A stretch of DNA of 64,000 bases. It comes from Mobula hypostoma. Its lineage: Eukaryota. This document shows, one piece after another, positions 38,509 to 51,300 of the stretch. The position numbers were made by a program, and so were the translations under genes. Under the pieces are notes generated by a model. It had not been told where the DNA came from, searched no databases, and worked only from the letters and a program-made list of their open reading frames with translations. Each line of letters opens with the position of its first letter. Position 1 is the stretch's first letter. Location: positions 143,592,001-143,656,000 of the forward strand of contig NC_086100.1 of the NCBI RefSeq assembly GCF_963921235.1, given 5' to 3'.

Positions 38509-39462
38509 GTCAGAATCAGAATTAGGTTTATTATCACTGGCATGTGAAGTGAAATCTGTTAACTTAGCAGCAGCAGTTCAATGCAGTACATAATCTAGAA
38601 AAGAAAAAAAACTAAAATAAAAATTATAATAATCATAAATAAACAAGTAAATCAATTACAGTATATGTATATTAATAGATCTTTAAAAAGTGAAAAAAAA
38701 ACAGAAATACTGCATATTTAAAAAAAAGTGAGGTAGTGCCCAAGGACTTAATGTCCATTTAGGAAATGGATGGCAGAGGAGAAGAAGCTGTTTCTGAATC
38801 GCTGAGTGTCTGCCTTCAGGCTTCTGTATCTCCTGCCTGATGCTAACAGTGAGAAAAGAGCATGCCCTGGGTGCTGGAGGTCCTTAATAATGGACACTGC
38901 CTTTCTGAGACACTGCTCCCTGAAGATGTCCTGGGTACTTAGTAGGCTAGTACCCAAGATGGAGCTGACAAGATTTACAGCCCTCTGCAGCTTCTGTCGG
39001 TCCTGTGGAGTAGCCCCCGTGTACCAGGCAGTGATGCAGCCTATCAGAATGCTCTCCATGGTACAACTATAGAAGTTTTTGAGTATATTTGTTGACATGC
39101 CAAATCTTTTCAAACTCCCAATGAAGTATACCCACTTCATTATAACTATATCGATATGTTGGAGCAAGGTTAGATCCTCAGAGATCTTGACACCCAGGAA
39201 CTTGAAAATGCTCACCATCTCCACTTCTAATCCCTCTATGAGGATTGGTATGTGTGCCTTTGCCTTACCCTTCCTGAAGTCCACAATCAGCTCTTTCGTC
39301 TTACTGACGTTGAGTGCCAGGTTGTTGCTGAGATACCATTCCACTAGTTGGCATATCTCACTCCTGTGCGCTCTCTTGTCACCACCTGAGATTCTACCAA
39401 CAATGGTTTTTGTATCTCAGCAAATTTATAGATGGTATTTGAGCTATGCCTAGCCAGACAGT
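38509..39462 (-). mobile_element. Rex1/Babar LINE, 5'-truncated
   Basis: ORF 38748-39344 encodes NNLALNVSKTKELIVDFR and RFRNSFF. Tail reads TCAGAATCAGA on the + strand. Confidence 0.9.
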
Positions 39463-41805
39463 TCTTCATCCACTCTCTAAACCAAACGGTAAAAATGGAC
39501 ACAGAGGGTGAAGTTATTGGATTAGCCCTGTGGCAAAATACTGCTGGAGCGTGAAGACTTGTTGCAAGCTTCTCGCTACAGATCCAATCATTACTTCTGT
39601 TTTAATTATTCTACTCTTTTAAATATAGTTTCTGTCCCTAAGAATTCATAATAACAATAACAATAATTAATCATAATATTCTCTTAAATATACTTACATG
39701 TCTGATCTGCAGGAGCGGCCAATATATTGAACCAGCTCCCAACCCAGACCAGTGAGGCCTAGGATGGGACTGTCACAGAGGAAGCCTGCGTTGGGTGAAC
39801 AATCAACCTCATGAATGATAAGATAGATGTGTGACCGCACGCTCTACCTTGTCATGACATTGTAGCTTATTGCCTACCTGCACTGCATTTTATCTCTAAT
39901 ACTTTACCCCACATTCTGTAATTATTTTACCTTGTAATATCTCAGTGCACTGTTGTAATGAATAGATCTATATGATTGATCTGAAAAACAAGTTTTCACT
40001 GTACTTCGGTACATGTGACAATAATAAATAAATTCATCATTTTTTTAAAATTGATGAGTATTTCATCATTATGATGCATCATAGGAAGACTACGTGCAAA
40101 TGAAAGAAAAACTTGCAAACAAAAGTAATTTATCATTGAGACAGTTACTCTTCAGCAACAAGGATGACAGATCCCTACCTCCACTTGTAAGAAATGAATA
40201 CATTTTAAATAAGATCATTGACATGTTCAGAATCATTCTGAAGAAAGCAGAGTTATGCTGAATTAAAGGGAATAGTTGTTTGACTAACAACAATAGAATT
40301 CTGTCTGTCTACAGATCAGATGGTGCATGCATTCATAACATGGTATTCAGCCTCCAATGAAAGATTGCTCTACAGATATTGTTATGTTTTACCTGATTTC
40401 AGCAGTAATTCAAGCATTGTTCCATTAAGAAGACTTTAATTGACTCTATTGTTTTTAGCTTAAGGAAGGGAATAATCAACCAGCTTTCCTACCCATATCA
40501 CTCTGCAGTGTCCCCAAAGGTAAGATGAACACATACAGATTCTGTATTGGGAAAATTCAGTATTGTTGTAATAATTCTCTTCAAATGAACAGGTAGCCAA
40601 AGGTCGCAATGACTTTAGTCAATTTGTGGAGTGCTAGGAAAGTGAGGTATATTCCATCTGTAAGATGAAATGGGAGATCATTTTATTTAAAAGTCAGGCC
40701 AACAGTATGAAAAAGTGTCCTTCAAGCTCTCTGGTCAGTGAATCACCTAACAGTTACTGTCTCACCCTCCCTCATTCTTCTCTCTCCATTCTCAGTCCTA
40801 ATGCAAAGTCTCAATTTTTCCCTCCACATATCCTGCTTGGCCTGTTGAGTTCCTAAAGGATTTATTTTGGGCTCCAAATTCCAACATATGCAGTTTCTTG
40901 CATCTCTGCTGATAACAGGGTGCAGAAATGGTGGGAATGTAGGTAAGTAAACTGATGAACCAAGAATTTGGAAGGTGTGAGGCTTCACATATGTGCAGGA
41001 TAACAGATTCTCAACCAGCTTGTGCTGGATAGTAAACAATCCAGGTTAGGGACATATAGAAGGTAACAGTTTGAGGAGGAGCAAGAAAGGAAGCAGGAGC
41101 AGGAACCTTCCAATATTAATCCAAGCAAAAATGTGAGATTGTGGGTGAATATTCTCGAAGAAGGTTAAGAATGCAAGGACATGCATCTCTAAGTGCCAGC
41201 AATTTCAAGTTACTGCCGATACCTTTTCTTCTGCTGCCTCTCACCTGACAATGATAGGCTGCACTTGCTGGTTTAACTGGTCAAAGCACACACTGCACAT
41301 GCTCCTGCTGGTACGTATTCAAAAACTACCTTAGGAATAAATGTAAATTGGTTGGAATTATTTTAGGCATTCACACAGTCTGAAGTGAATAGTGCAGGAG
41401 CTTAATATTAAAATAGCAAGGTTTCAGCAGCTCTGAGGCAAACTATGCTGCACGGTTTCATCATGTTATACCAGGAGGGCAAAGTTAAAATTCCCACTGT
41501 TGTCATAATTTGAGAAAAATGAGAATGATCGCTTGGTCATGGTCCCAAAGAAGAATCCTAAGGCTGCTAAAGATCATTCGGGAGAGAAGAATACACTGAG
41601 GTAATTAAAACTTCCATTGATTCTAACTTGCTCACAATCCTCTTCTGCTTTGTTTTAAGATTGCCATGGAGAATTCAGTACTTTGGAAAGAATGGAAGAA
41701 ACAGTCTCCGTTAGTGCGCCCTCTTGAAGTGATTTCACGACTTTACAAAACCCCAGGATTAGTTTACTTAATGAGTCATTCATTGTTGTTGTATTTGAGA
41801 TAGAG

Positions 41806-42165
41806 AGACACAGTGGCATTTCAGAGCAGTTAATGCATCTGCCTCACTGTTCCAAGAACCTTGCTTTGATCCTGATCTCAGCTACTGTCTGTGCAGTGTA
41901 TGTATGTTCACTCTGTGACCACATGGGTTTCCTCCACGTGCTCCAGTTTCTCCTCACATTCAAAAATATTGCAGGTAGGTTAATTGGCTACTGTAAATTA
42001 TGACTTAATTTAGATTAATGATAAAAAGAAACAAAGGGATTTTTGGGCACCTATGAGAGATTAAATTTCAGGGCTTAAGGGAAGTAAGAAGAGCGAAAAC
42101 AGTTTTGTTATCCTGAGAGCTAGCACAAACTCAATGCATCAAGTGGTCTCCTGTGTCATAATAAT
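41806..42165 (+). mobile_element. tRNA-derived V-SINE (HE1-like)
   Basis: CTGCCTCAC...TTTGATCCTGA head and V-domain-like TGGGTTTCCTCC.GTGCTCCAGTTTC.C..CACATTC...TTAATTGG...TGTAAATT. Confidence 0.7.
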
Positions 42166-42494
42166 AAATGAGATAGACTACGAAATAACCCAGTTGTGAT
42201 GCTGAAAACCTCTACAAAACTAAAGAGCTTCAAATCATAATTTCAACTTAGTGCTCTGGATAATAATTTAACAATTCGGTCCACTGGCTGAAAATCAGTG
42301 AAATGAAAATTACAGGTTTCTGTAATGGTGGCATCTACAGTACTTTTTGAGTCTTTCAAATCAAGGAAAGAATATACAGTACTGTGCAAATGTATATGTA
42401 AACAAAATTTGTACACTGAAAATGCTTTCAAAATTAATGAAATAAAAAGTTTGTAAATATTATAAAATATACTATAAAGGGCAGTAAACAGTAA

Positions 42495-43096
42495 AATGGT
42501 TGGGTTGAGTTGTTCGTCGATCTTGGCAATTTATATATAAAGTTTTTGTCACCATACAAGAAGACATAATCAGTGTGCTGTTAATTGCAGTGTATCCTCT
42601 GAATGCTTGGCCTTTATATAGTTAACAATCAGTTGATTGGTCATCATTACAGGAGCTCAATTGTGTTATAGGGAAGAAATCTCACTGACTGGTTGCATGA
42701 CAAACTTAGTGAACATGGTCTGGAATTCTGCATGCATTGGCTCATAAATAGGATTGAAATCTACATGTTTGTTTACAGAATTGTTCCCGGAAAACCATGC
42801 TTCTAAGACTTCTCTTGCATGTCACATGTTTGCTTGTGCCATGACTTTCACTGATGCCCAGTCAAATCTGTGCTGCTCTCAATCTTCATGGGTAGTGACT
42901 AGGATGAGTTGGTCTTGCTGCTTTAGAGCCAGTTGATATTCATGAATCCTTGTGGATAATTTTCTCCCAGTTTGGCTGACGTAATATTTGCTGCAGTCCC
43001 TGCACTGGATTTTGCAAGCCACATTGGTCTTGTCCATAGCTTGGTCCATTCCTTTGGTCTGCAAAGTACTCTCCTTAACATTGTTGTTGGCTTTTG
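42495..43096 (-). mobile_element. Second PLE family (Poseidon-type) GIY-YIG remnant; inverted terminal copy displaced to about 59081-59115
   Basis: Encodes KIQCRDCSKYYVSQTGRKLSTRIHEY. ATGGTTGGGTTGAGTTGTTCGTCGATCTTGGCAAT at 42497 is the near reverse complement of ATTGCCAAGATCGGAGAACAACTCAACCCAACCAT at 59082. Confidence 0.8.
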
Positions 43097-43667
43097 CAAG
43101 ATGGGCAGAGAGGTTTAGTGATGGGCACAGGTGGGGTTTGAGGTCTTTTTCAGTGGTAGATGGAGAGAGGCAGAGATTGAGAGAACTGGACATAGGATTT
43201 GATCCAACTGGAATGCACCATTCTATGGAGTCCAAGATGAGAAGTTCTACCAGTGAATGGTGAACAGCAGTTGGTGCCGTGAGCAAAAGGACACATCCAG
43301 ATTTTGGAAGATGGGAGCTCTAACCTTGTACACATTTGACTGGTTTAATTAAAATGGGCCCAACTGTTCAATTAACCTGACATTCAGAAATACACCTTCT
43401 TTATAATTGTATACAGTGTACAATCTGTTATTTCTTGCTGATGGATAATTGCATGTGGGCAGTATTTACACAGTATTCACTCAGATCAGGGTTTAGGTGG
43501 TCAAAACATCCCAATTTCCTGATTTGGTGGGACCCAAGTCCTACTGACCCTAGACATATGGAGTTTGAAAAAGGTGGCTTTCTCACTGCTGAGTTCAGTG
43601 GCTGTTAGCGAGCTGCTAACAAGCTGAGCTGGGTTGTTAGAGATGCCTGGTTAAAAGGGTTTCATTG

Positions 43668-43685
43668 TGGGGGCTCATTTGGGAT
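43668..43685 (+). promoter_or_regulatory. Primer-binding site complementary to tRNA-Pro
   Basis: TGGGGGCTCATTTGGGAT versus canonical TGGGGGCTCGTCCGGGAT (15/18), 3 nt after the LTR-terminal CA. Confidence 0.8.
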
Positions 43686-45768
43686 TTGATTTGATGAATA
43701 CTGTGTAGTTGCGGTAAGAATTGATTAAGTGGTTTGTGTGTTTAAGTCTGTGTTTAAACGAGTGTCCGGGAAAATTATTGAGATATGTGATGCCACAGGG
43801 ATTAAGCCTTGTTGTGATTCAAAGGGTTTAGCCATAACTAATGCTTGTGCTCTCAGGGGTAGATATCTGCAGCCCAGATGAGTTGCTGATAAGAAGTTTA
43901 AGTTCAGTTCCAGGATTAGGAACAGTTACACTCATGGAATGGCGGGCAAAGATGCTGTTTTAGTTCAGACGAGCAATGACGTGACAAGAATGGATCTGTC
44001 TGGTACGATTGGGGCACTTGGAGAGGTGGGGATATGGACATTTATAGAAGTGGAGGGTGTAGCTGAGGGTGTAGAATTGGAAGACAACCTTCTTGTAGCA
44101 GAGGGCAGAGACTTTAAAGACAAGTTGCTCTTGTTTCTGCGAAGCGATGGGAAGGAGCTGCCTGATGTGAAAGGTCTAGTGAGTTCTTCAGCGGGGGGGT
44201 GAAAATTCTGAGTTGATATTGGCAATTACATCCCTAGTGGATAATAAACAAAGTGCACCTGTGGAGAGTCAAGGTTATCGTAGGCTGAGGAGTGAAGTCC
44301 ATTCCCCAAGGAGGAGGAGGAATATGAGACTTAGGGGGAGCAGACGTCTCAGTTGCTGGATGAGTGGCAGTATTCAGATAATATGAAAAGACAGTCACTG
44401 GTAGAGAGCCTAAAGGTCTGGCTGCTGAAGAGGTGAGGACCTTAAAGACAGAGAATCCATTTGCCACTCTTGTGGCTACACGCGAGCATTAGTTGGCACA
44501 ACAGGCAGCCCAACGGAGCTCATGATGAGGGTCGGGCATATCCTCCAGGAGAATGGGAAGAAACTTTCTGCCGATGTCTTCCGGGCAGAGAGACTGCTGC
44601 ATTCTTTGTGCAGTATAAGGGTCATTGAACTGACAGAGGTAAATCAATTAAGCATGGATCAAGTGGTGAAGAGTGCACAGTCACATGACATGACTGCTTT
44701 AAGTCTTTGAATGCCTCATAAGATGAGTCCCCCTCTCTTGTTTGCTGAGCTGATCAGGGAAATAAGAGAGGAGGAAAACGCGATGGAAGAGCAGGAGGCC
44801 TCTGACAGCAAGGCAATGTCATTGGTAGTACTGTCTGTTGCTGAAGTGACCCCTGATGCCACACAAATGGGGGTTTTACGGGATATCATGAAAGATCTGA
44901 GACCCAAGTTATCTCGGTTGATATTGGCTGGTGCTGCCACCAAGCATGACAAGGCCGACAGGGAACTGGACCCACTGGTGGGACGTACTGAGCAGAGGAC
45001 TTCTACTGAGCGGTGTCCCTTGACCAGGGGAGTGACCGATATTTCCTGTTACAGCTGTGCTGAGGACAGACATTTCAAGCGGGAGTGTGAAGTATAGGAA
45101 AACCTTTAGAAAGTGAACCAATGGTTACTTAAACAGAAGATGAAGTTGGGAAACTTCTAAGAGACCCAGTAGGGAAATGGCCTGGCTTCTCAGATGGAGC
45201 ACATTCCAATCAACATATCAAGGAAAGCACCAAAGTGAAAAATCCTATTTCTGAAGGCTCAGTGGGGCCAAGCTCCAGTGTTTCAATACAGATTGACGGC
45301 ATTTGTGCGAGAACCATACTTGACACAGGTTCCCAGGTTACTCTGCTGTACAGATCCTTGTACAACCGGTATTTGAGCAACATACATCAAAGTTGCTGGT
45401 GAACGCAGCAGGCCAAGCAGCATCTATAGGAAGAGGTGCAGTCGACGTTTCAGGCCGAAACTCTTCGTCAGGACTAACTGAAGGAAGAGTGAGTAAGGGA
45501 TTTGAAAGCTGGAGGGGGAGGGGGAGATGCAAAATGATAGGAGAAGACAGGAGGGGGAGGGATAGAGCCGAGAGCTGGACAGGTGATAGGCAAAAGGGGA
45601 TACGAGAGGATCATGCGACAGGAGGTCCGGGAAGAAAGACGGGGGGGGGTGACCCAGAGGATGGGCAAGAGGTATATTCAGAGGGACAGAGGGAGAAAAA
45701 GGAGAGTGAGAGAAAGAATGTGTGCATAAAAATGAGTAACAGATGGGGTACGAGGGGGAGGTGGGGCC

Positions 45769-47130
45769 TTAGCGGAAGTTAGAGAAGTCAATGTTCATGC
45801 CATCAGGTTGGAGGCTACCCAGACGGAATATAAGGTGTTGTTCCTCCAACCTGAGTGTGGCTTCATCTTTACAGTAGAGGAGGCCGTGGATAGACATGTC
45901 AGAATGGGAATGGGATGTGGAATTAAAATGTGTGGGCACTGGGAGATCCTGCTTCCTCTGGCGGACAGAGCGTAGATGTTCAGCAAAGCGGTCTCCCAGT
46001 CTGCGTCGGGTCTCACCAATATATAAAAGGCCACATCGGGAGCACCGGACGCAATATATCACCCCAGTCGATTCACAGGTGAAGTGATGCCTCACCTGGA
46101 AGGACTGTTTGGGACCCTGAATGGTGGTAAGGGAGGAAGTGTAAGGGCATGTGTAGCACTTGTTCCGCTTACACGGATAAGTGCCAGGAGGGAGATCAGT
46201 GGGGAGGGATGGGGGGGACGAATGGACAAGGGAGTTGTGTAGGGAGCGATCCCTGCGGAATGCAGAGAGAGGTGGGGAGGGAAAGATGTGCTTAGTGGTG
46301 GGATCCCGTTGGAGGTGGCGGAAGTTACGGAGAATAATATGTTGGACCCGGAGGCTGGTGGGGTGGTAGGTGAGGACCAGGGGAACCCTATTCCTAGTGG
46401 GGTGGTGGAAGGATGGAATGACAGCAGATGTACGTGAAATGGGGGAGATGTGTTTAAGAGCAGAGTTGATAGTGGAGGAAGGGAAGCCCCTTTCTTTAAA
46501 AAACGAAGACATCTCCCTCGTCCTAGAATGAAAAGCCTCATCCTGAGAGCAGATGTGGTGGAGACGGAGGAATTGCGAGAAGAGGATGGCATTTTTGCAA
46601 GAGACAGGGTGAGAAGAGGAATAGTCCAGATAGCTGTGAGAGTCAGTAGGCTTATAGTAGACATCAGTGGATAAGCTGTCGTCAGAGACAGAGACAGAAA
46701 GATCTAGAAAGGGGAGGGAGGTGTCGGAAATGGACCAGGTAAACTTGAGGGCAGGGTGAAAGTTGGAGGCAAAGTTAATAAAGTCAACGAGTTCTGCATG
46801 CGTGCAGGAAGCAGCGCCAATGCAGTCGTCGATGTAGCGAAGGAAAAGTGGGGGACAGATACCAGAATAGGCACGGAACATAGATTGTTCCACAAACCCA
46901 ACAAAAAGGCAGGCATAGCTAGGACCCATACGGGTGCCCATAGCTACACCTTTAGTTTGGAGGAAATGGGAGGAGCCAAAGGAGAAATTATTAAGAGTAA
47001 GGACTAATTCCGCTAGACGGAGCAGAGTGGTGGTAGAGGGGAACTGATTAGGTCTGGAATACAAAAAGAAGTGTAGAGCTTTGAGACCTTCCTGATGGGG
47101 GATGGAAGTATATAAGGACTGGACATCCAT
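45769..47130 (-). CDS. PLE RT (C-terminal half) plus GIY-YIG endonuclease, 453-aa open frame of a disrupted element
   Basis: Contains GVAMG, RYIDD, YYKPT, PCKRNKCYTC and VIYCVRCSRCGLLYIGET...RFAEH. Upstream are a stop at 47487 and a deletion near 47375. Confidence 0.75.
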   Translation of the reverse strand: MDVQSLYTSIPHQEGLKALHFFLYSRPNQFPSTTTLLRLAELVLTLNNFSFGSSHFLQTKGVAMGTRMGPSYACLFVGFVEQSMFRAYSGICPPLFLRYIDDCIGAASCTHAELVDFINFASNFHPALKFTWSISDTSLPFLDLSVSVSDDSLSTDVYYKPTDSHSYLDYSSSHPVSCKNAILFSQFLRLHHICSQDEAFHSRTREMSSFFKERGFPSSTINSALKHISPISRTSAVIPSFHHPTRNRVPLVLTYHPTSLRVQHIILRNFRHLQRDPTTKHIFPSPPLSAFRRDRSLHNSLVHSSPPSLPTDLPPGTYPCKRNKCYTCPYTSSLTTIQGPKQSFQVRHHFTCESTGVIYCVRCSRCGLLYIGETRRRLGDRFAEHLRSVRQRKQDLPVPTHFNSTSHSHSDMSIHGLLYCKDEATLRLEEQHLIFRLGSLQPDGMNIDFSNFR

Positions 47131-48126
47131 GGTGAAAATAAAGCGGTGGGGGCCAGGGAACTTAAAATCATCGAAAAGTTTAAGAGCGTGAGAAGTGTCA
47201 CGAACATAGGTCGGAAGAGATTGAACAAGGGGTGATAAAACAGTGTCGAGGTATGCAGAAATGAGTTCGGTGGGGCAGGAGCAAGCTGAGACAATAGGTT
47301 GGCCAGGACAGTCAGGTTTGTGGATCTTGGGTAGGAGGTAGAAACGGGAAGTGTGGGGTGTGGGAACTATAAGGTTGGGAGATCCCCTGAGCGGATAAAG
47401 TCGGTGATGGTGTGGGAGACAATGGCCTGGTGCTCCTTAGTGGGGTCACGATTGAGGGGTAAATAAGAGGAGGTATCCGCGAGTTGTCACTGTGCCTCGG
47501 CAAGGTAGAGGTCAGTATGCCAGACTACAACAGTACCCCCCTTATCAGCGGGTTTAATAATGAGGTTAGGATTAGTGCGGAGGGAGTGGAGAGCAGGGCG
47601 TTCCGAAGGAGTGAGGTTGGAATGGGGACAAGGTGCGGTGAAGTCGAGACGGTTGATGTCCCGTCGGCAGTTAGCAATAAAGAGATCCAGAGCAGGCAGA
47701 AGACCAGAGCGGGGTGTCCATGAAGAAGAGGAGGGTTGAAGACGGGAGAAGGGGTCCTCAGTGGGGGTGGAAGAGTCCTTGCCGAAGAAGTAGGCTCGGA
47801 GACGGAGACGGCGGAAGAAAAGTTCCGCATCGTGGCGAACACGGAACTCGCTGAAGTGTGGGCGAAGGGGGACAAACGTGAGGCCCTTACTGAGAACAGA
47901 GCGTTCTGCCTCTGACAGTTGAAGGTCGGAGGGGATGGTAAAGACCTGGCACGGATGAGAGCTGGGATTAGAGGGGGGAGGGGGGAGGCTGGGGGTGTCA
48001 GTGGAGAGGGGAGGGTTGGGGTGAGAGGAAGATGGAGCCTCTGAGGGCCCAGGAGTTGACGGTGGGATCTGAGGAAGACGGGGCTGCGGAGTGGTGGTGG
48101 GGGAAGGGGAGACGGGAGTCACAACA

Positions 48127-48342
48127 GCAGCATATAAAGACCCGGCCTGGAGTTCAAGGCTGGCGGCATATAAAGACCCGGCCTGGAGTTCAAGGCTGGC
48201 GGCATATAAAGACCCGGCCTGGAGTTCAAGGCTGGCGACATATAAAGACCCGACCTGGAGTTCAAGGCTGGCGGCATATAAAGACCCGGCCTGGAGTTTA
48301 AGGCTGGCGGCATATAAAGACCCGGCCTGGAGTTCAAGGCTG
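48127..48342. repeat. Tandem repeat, 6 x 36 bp
   Basis: Unit GCGGCATATAAAGACCCGGCCTGGAGTTCAAGGCTG. The minus strand encodes (ASLELQAGSLYA)6. Confidence 0.95.
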
Positions 48343-51300
48343 GCAATACAACCGGTATTTGACTCATTTGACTCATTTGACTCATTTACCACTGACACCA
48401 CTTAGTGCCCAAGAGGTTTGCAGCCTTAGTACTGATGACTACCCCTATGATACATACTTGTAGTTGAATCTGGTGTTCTTGGAAGCAGATGTTGGAGTAG
48501 CTGAGGCCCTTGATGCGTTGGTGTCGGTCTGTCCGGACCTGGTTGAGAAGGGTGAAGCTTCCATTCTTGTGGGAAGACCAGTGGGAGCCTGCAAAGAAAG
48601 AATTGGAGAGAGTTTTATGAAAACCTTGTCCATTGTCCTGGTGTTCAGAGCAGTTTCTGAGAAGGTATGTAAGCCCATCGTAGACGAGATGATGAGCACA
48701 AATGAGGAACTGTGTGGCCCCAAATTTCCTGGAATGCCTGATGCCGAGGCCTTCCTGGTGGATGCTCCAGAGACCACGAAGAAGAGACGTGCTTACCTAT
48801 TGGGATGATGGTAAGGCCTGAACTGCGGAAGCTGTTGGCTGTACATGTAAACAGGATAACATTGATTGTCAGGAACACCATGGAGAGAGAAGTCACCCTC
48901 AGCTGGTGGATGCCGATGGCACATCTTTTCCCAGTGACTATAATTCCTAATTTTCCTATTAGAAAACAAGCAAAGAGACAATCCCCTGGATTGGGAAAGT
49001 TGACAGCCAAGTCATTCAACTTTGGTGACTCCCCGGTACCTGAGAGTTGGAAAAGGAGTCGACAGAGAAGATGTTAAAGTTTGAGGATGAATTTTCTACT
49101 GATGAGTCTAATGTGGGTTGCTCCAAGAGTACTCGCCACACCATCCAAGTGACAGAGGACACCCTAGAGCAAGGTCTTGATGATCAGTGCCAGAAGAAGT
49201 GGAAGATGTTCAGTATCATCTGCCGAAACTGAAGAAACCTGGAATTATCACTGAGTCATGGAATCCCTATGTGTCACCCATAGTGCTGGTGAGGAAGGAG
49301 AATAAAAAGATACTAATATGTGTTAACTATCGGGCACCGAACTGACACGCAGTCCCTGACTAATATACTGTTCCATGGATTGAGGATGCACTGACCTGGA
49401 TCAAAAGAATTCAGTGTTCTGGACCTAAGGAGTGGGTTTTATCAGATACCCATGAGTGAAGCTGACAAAGAGAAGATGGCTTTCATATGTCCATTGGGAT
49501 TCTTCCAGGTTGAAAGAATGCCCAGGACATATCAGGAGTGCTGGCTACTTTCCAACATTTCAAGGAGAGGACTGCTAGGGACATAAACATGCTTGAGGTA
49601 CTGGTGTACTTGGATGATCTTGTAGTGTTCAGGTCCATGCTGGAAAAGCTACTGAAGGTGCTAGACTGCCTGAAAGCTGAAAGGTTAAAGCTATCACAGG
49701 ACAAGTGCCAATTCTGCAAGACATTTATCAACTATGTCAGGCACATAGTCTCAAGGGATGGAGGAGTTACAGATCCACCCAAGATAGAGGTAGTGACCAC
49801 ATGGCCAAGGCCCAAGAATGCGAGTGCCCTACGCTCATTCCTTGGATTCTGGGGTACTACCAGAAATTTGTGAAGGACTACTCCAAAGTAAGCTACCCTT
49901 TTAATCAGCTAATGTGTGGTTGCTCTCCCTTGGGGAAGAAAGGGAGGAGGATGAAAGGCGAAGATGGTAAAGTTCATCTTAGCCTTTCAGAGCTTTTCAG
50001 AGCAAGCTGGGATGCAAAATGTGAGGAGGCCTTCCAGCTGCTGAAGGAGCTACTGAGTAAATCATCTGTGTCGGCCTTTTCAAACCCCAATTGTGGTAGG
50101 TACTGCATACAGACATCAGCCAAGAAGGTATAGGGGACATTCTATATAGGGAGTTCAGGGGGTTTCGGTGGGACCTGGAGTGAAAGGACTCAGGATGGAC
50201 AGATGGTTAAAGAAAGCAAATTTTTGCTTTTTGCTTTTTTTTATCATCCGTCCATTGTTCTGGTGTTCAAAGCTGTTTCTGAGAAGATGCAAGCCCATCC
50301 TATGCTGAATGATGAGCACAAGCAAGGAACTGTGTGGTACATCTAGCCCAAACCTGTTATGTCACAGCTTGGGGAAGTAGCTAAAGAGATGGGAAACCCC
50401 AAATTTGCTCTGAGCGAAACTACCCCATGCACAAATTGATGTTTCTGGCATTGAAATGGGTTGTGGTGGATGAGTTAAGTGACTATCTATATAGTATTGT
50501 GCCAAGTTCGAGGTGAGGACTAATAATCCACTGACTTACATTCTGACCTTGGTCAAGTTGGATGGCATAGTCCATTGTTGGTTGGTTCATTGTCTGCCTA
50601 TGATTTCAGCCTGAAGTATTGGCTAGGGAGCTGTAACATTGATACAATGCGTTGTCTCGACATTCGTATGATGGGCCAGAAATGGACGGAGCGTGGGAGA
50701 GCATTCCTGCCTCTGGAGTTAAAGCAATATTCATGTTTTCCACCATGGCAAAATCAAAGGCAAGGCTATAGCGGAATAGAGCTGTGGATCAGTTGGGAGC
50801 TTCTGGTTGCGCCATTCCACAACTTTATTGCAACTTAACCACTGAATATGAAGCAGTTGCCTGCTTTGAGTCCCGGGGAATTGGCGGCAGCTCAGTGAGA
50901 TGATCCTTGTATAGATACAGTTTGATCACCTATTGCAGAAGGGGATATGACCCAAGTTGTAAAGATGGATCACCCTACCATATCCTTACTGTTGAGAGAA
51001 TGGAGCAAGCTAGAGTTGAGGAACCAGGATCTGTACAATGTCACGTTTCCTCCAGACAGGTCTCGTCATTCCCAGTTGGTTTTGCCTGAGAAGCCTCAGA
51101 GGACTGTGTTCAAGTCACTTCATGACAATTCAGTTCATCTGGGGTTTGACAAGACCTATGGGTTGGTCCAAGATCATTTCTATTGGCCCTGAATGAAGTC
51201 TGAGGTTGAAGAGTACTGTAAGTCGTGCTTTTGATGTATTTTGAGGAAAACGCTGCCTACGACGATTGCTTCTTTAGCCCATTTACTGTGTGCAGTACCA

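Larger units (their letters stand above)
45377..48346 (-). mobile_element. Penelope-like element (Neptune-type) inserted in the Gypsy protease region
   Basis: ORFs 47487-48401 and 45769-47130. Perfect 16-bp TSD TACAACCGGTATTTGA at 45361-45376 / 48347-48362. Hammerhead motif at 45439-45475. Confidence 0.95.

Noticed and set aside
48127-48342. 36-bp repeats as a CRISPR array
   Set aside because: The units are head-to-tail with no spacers, there are no cas genes, and the context is a eukaryotic retroelement.
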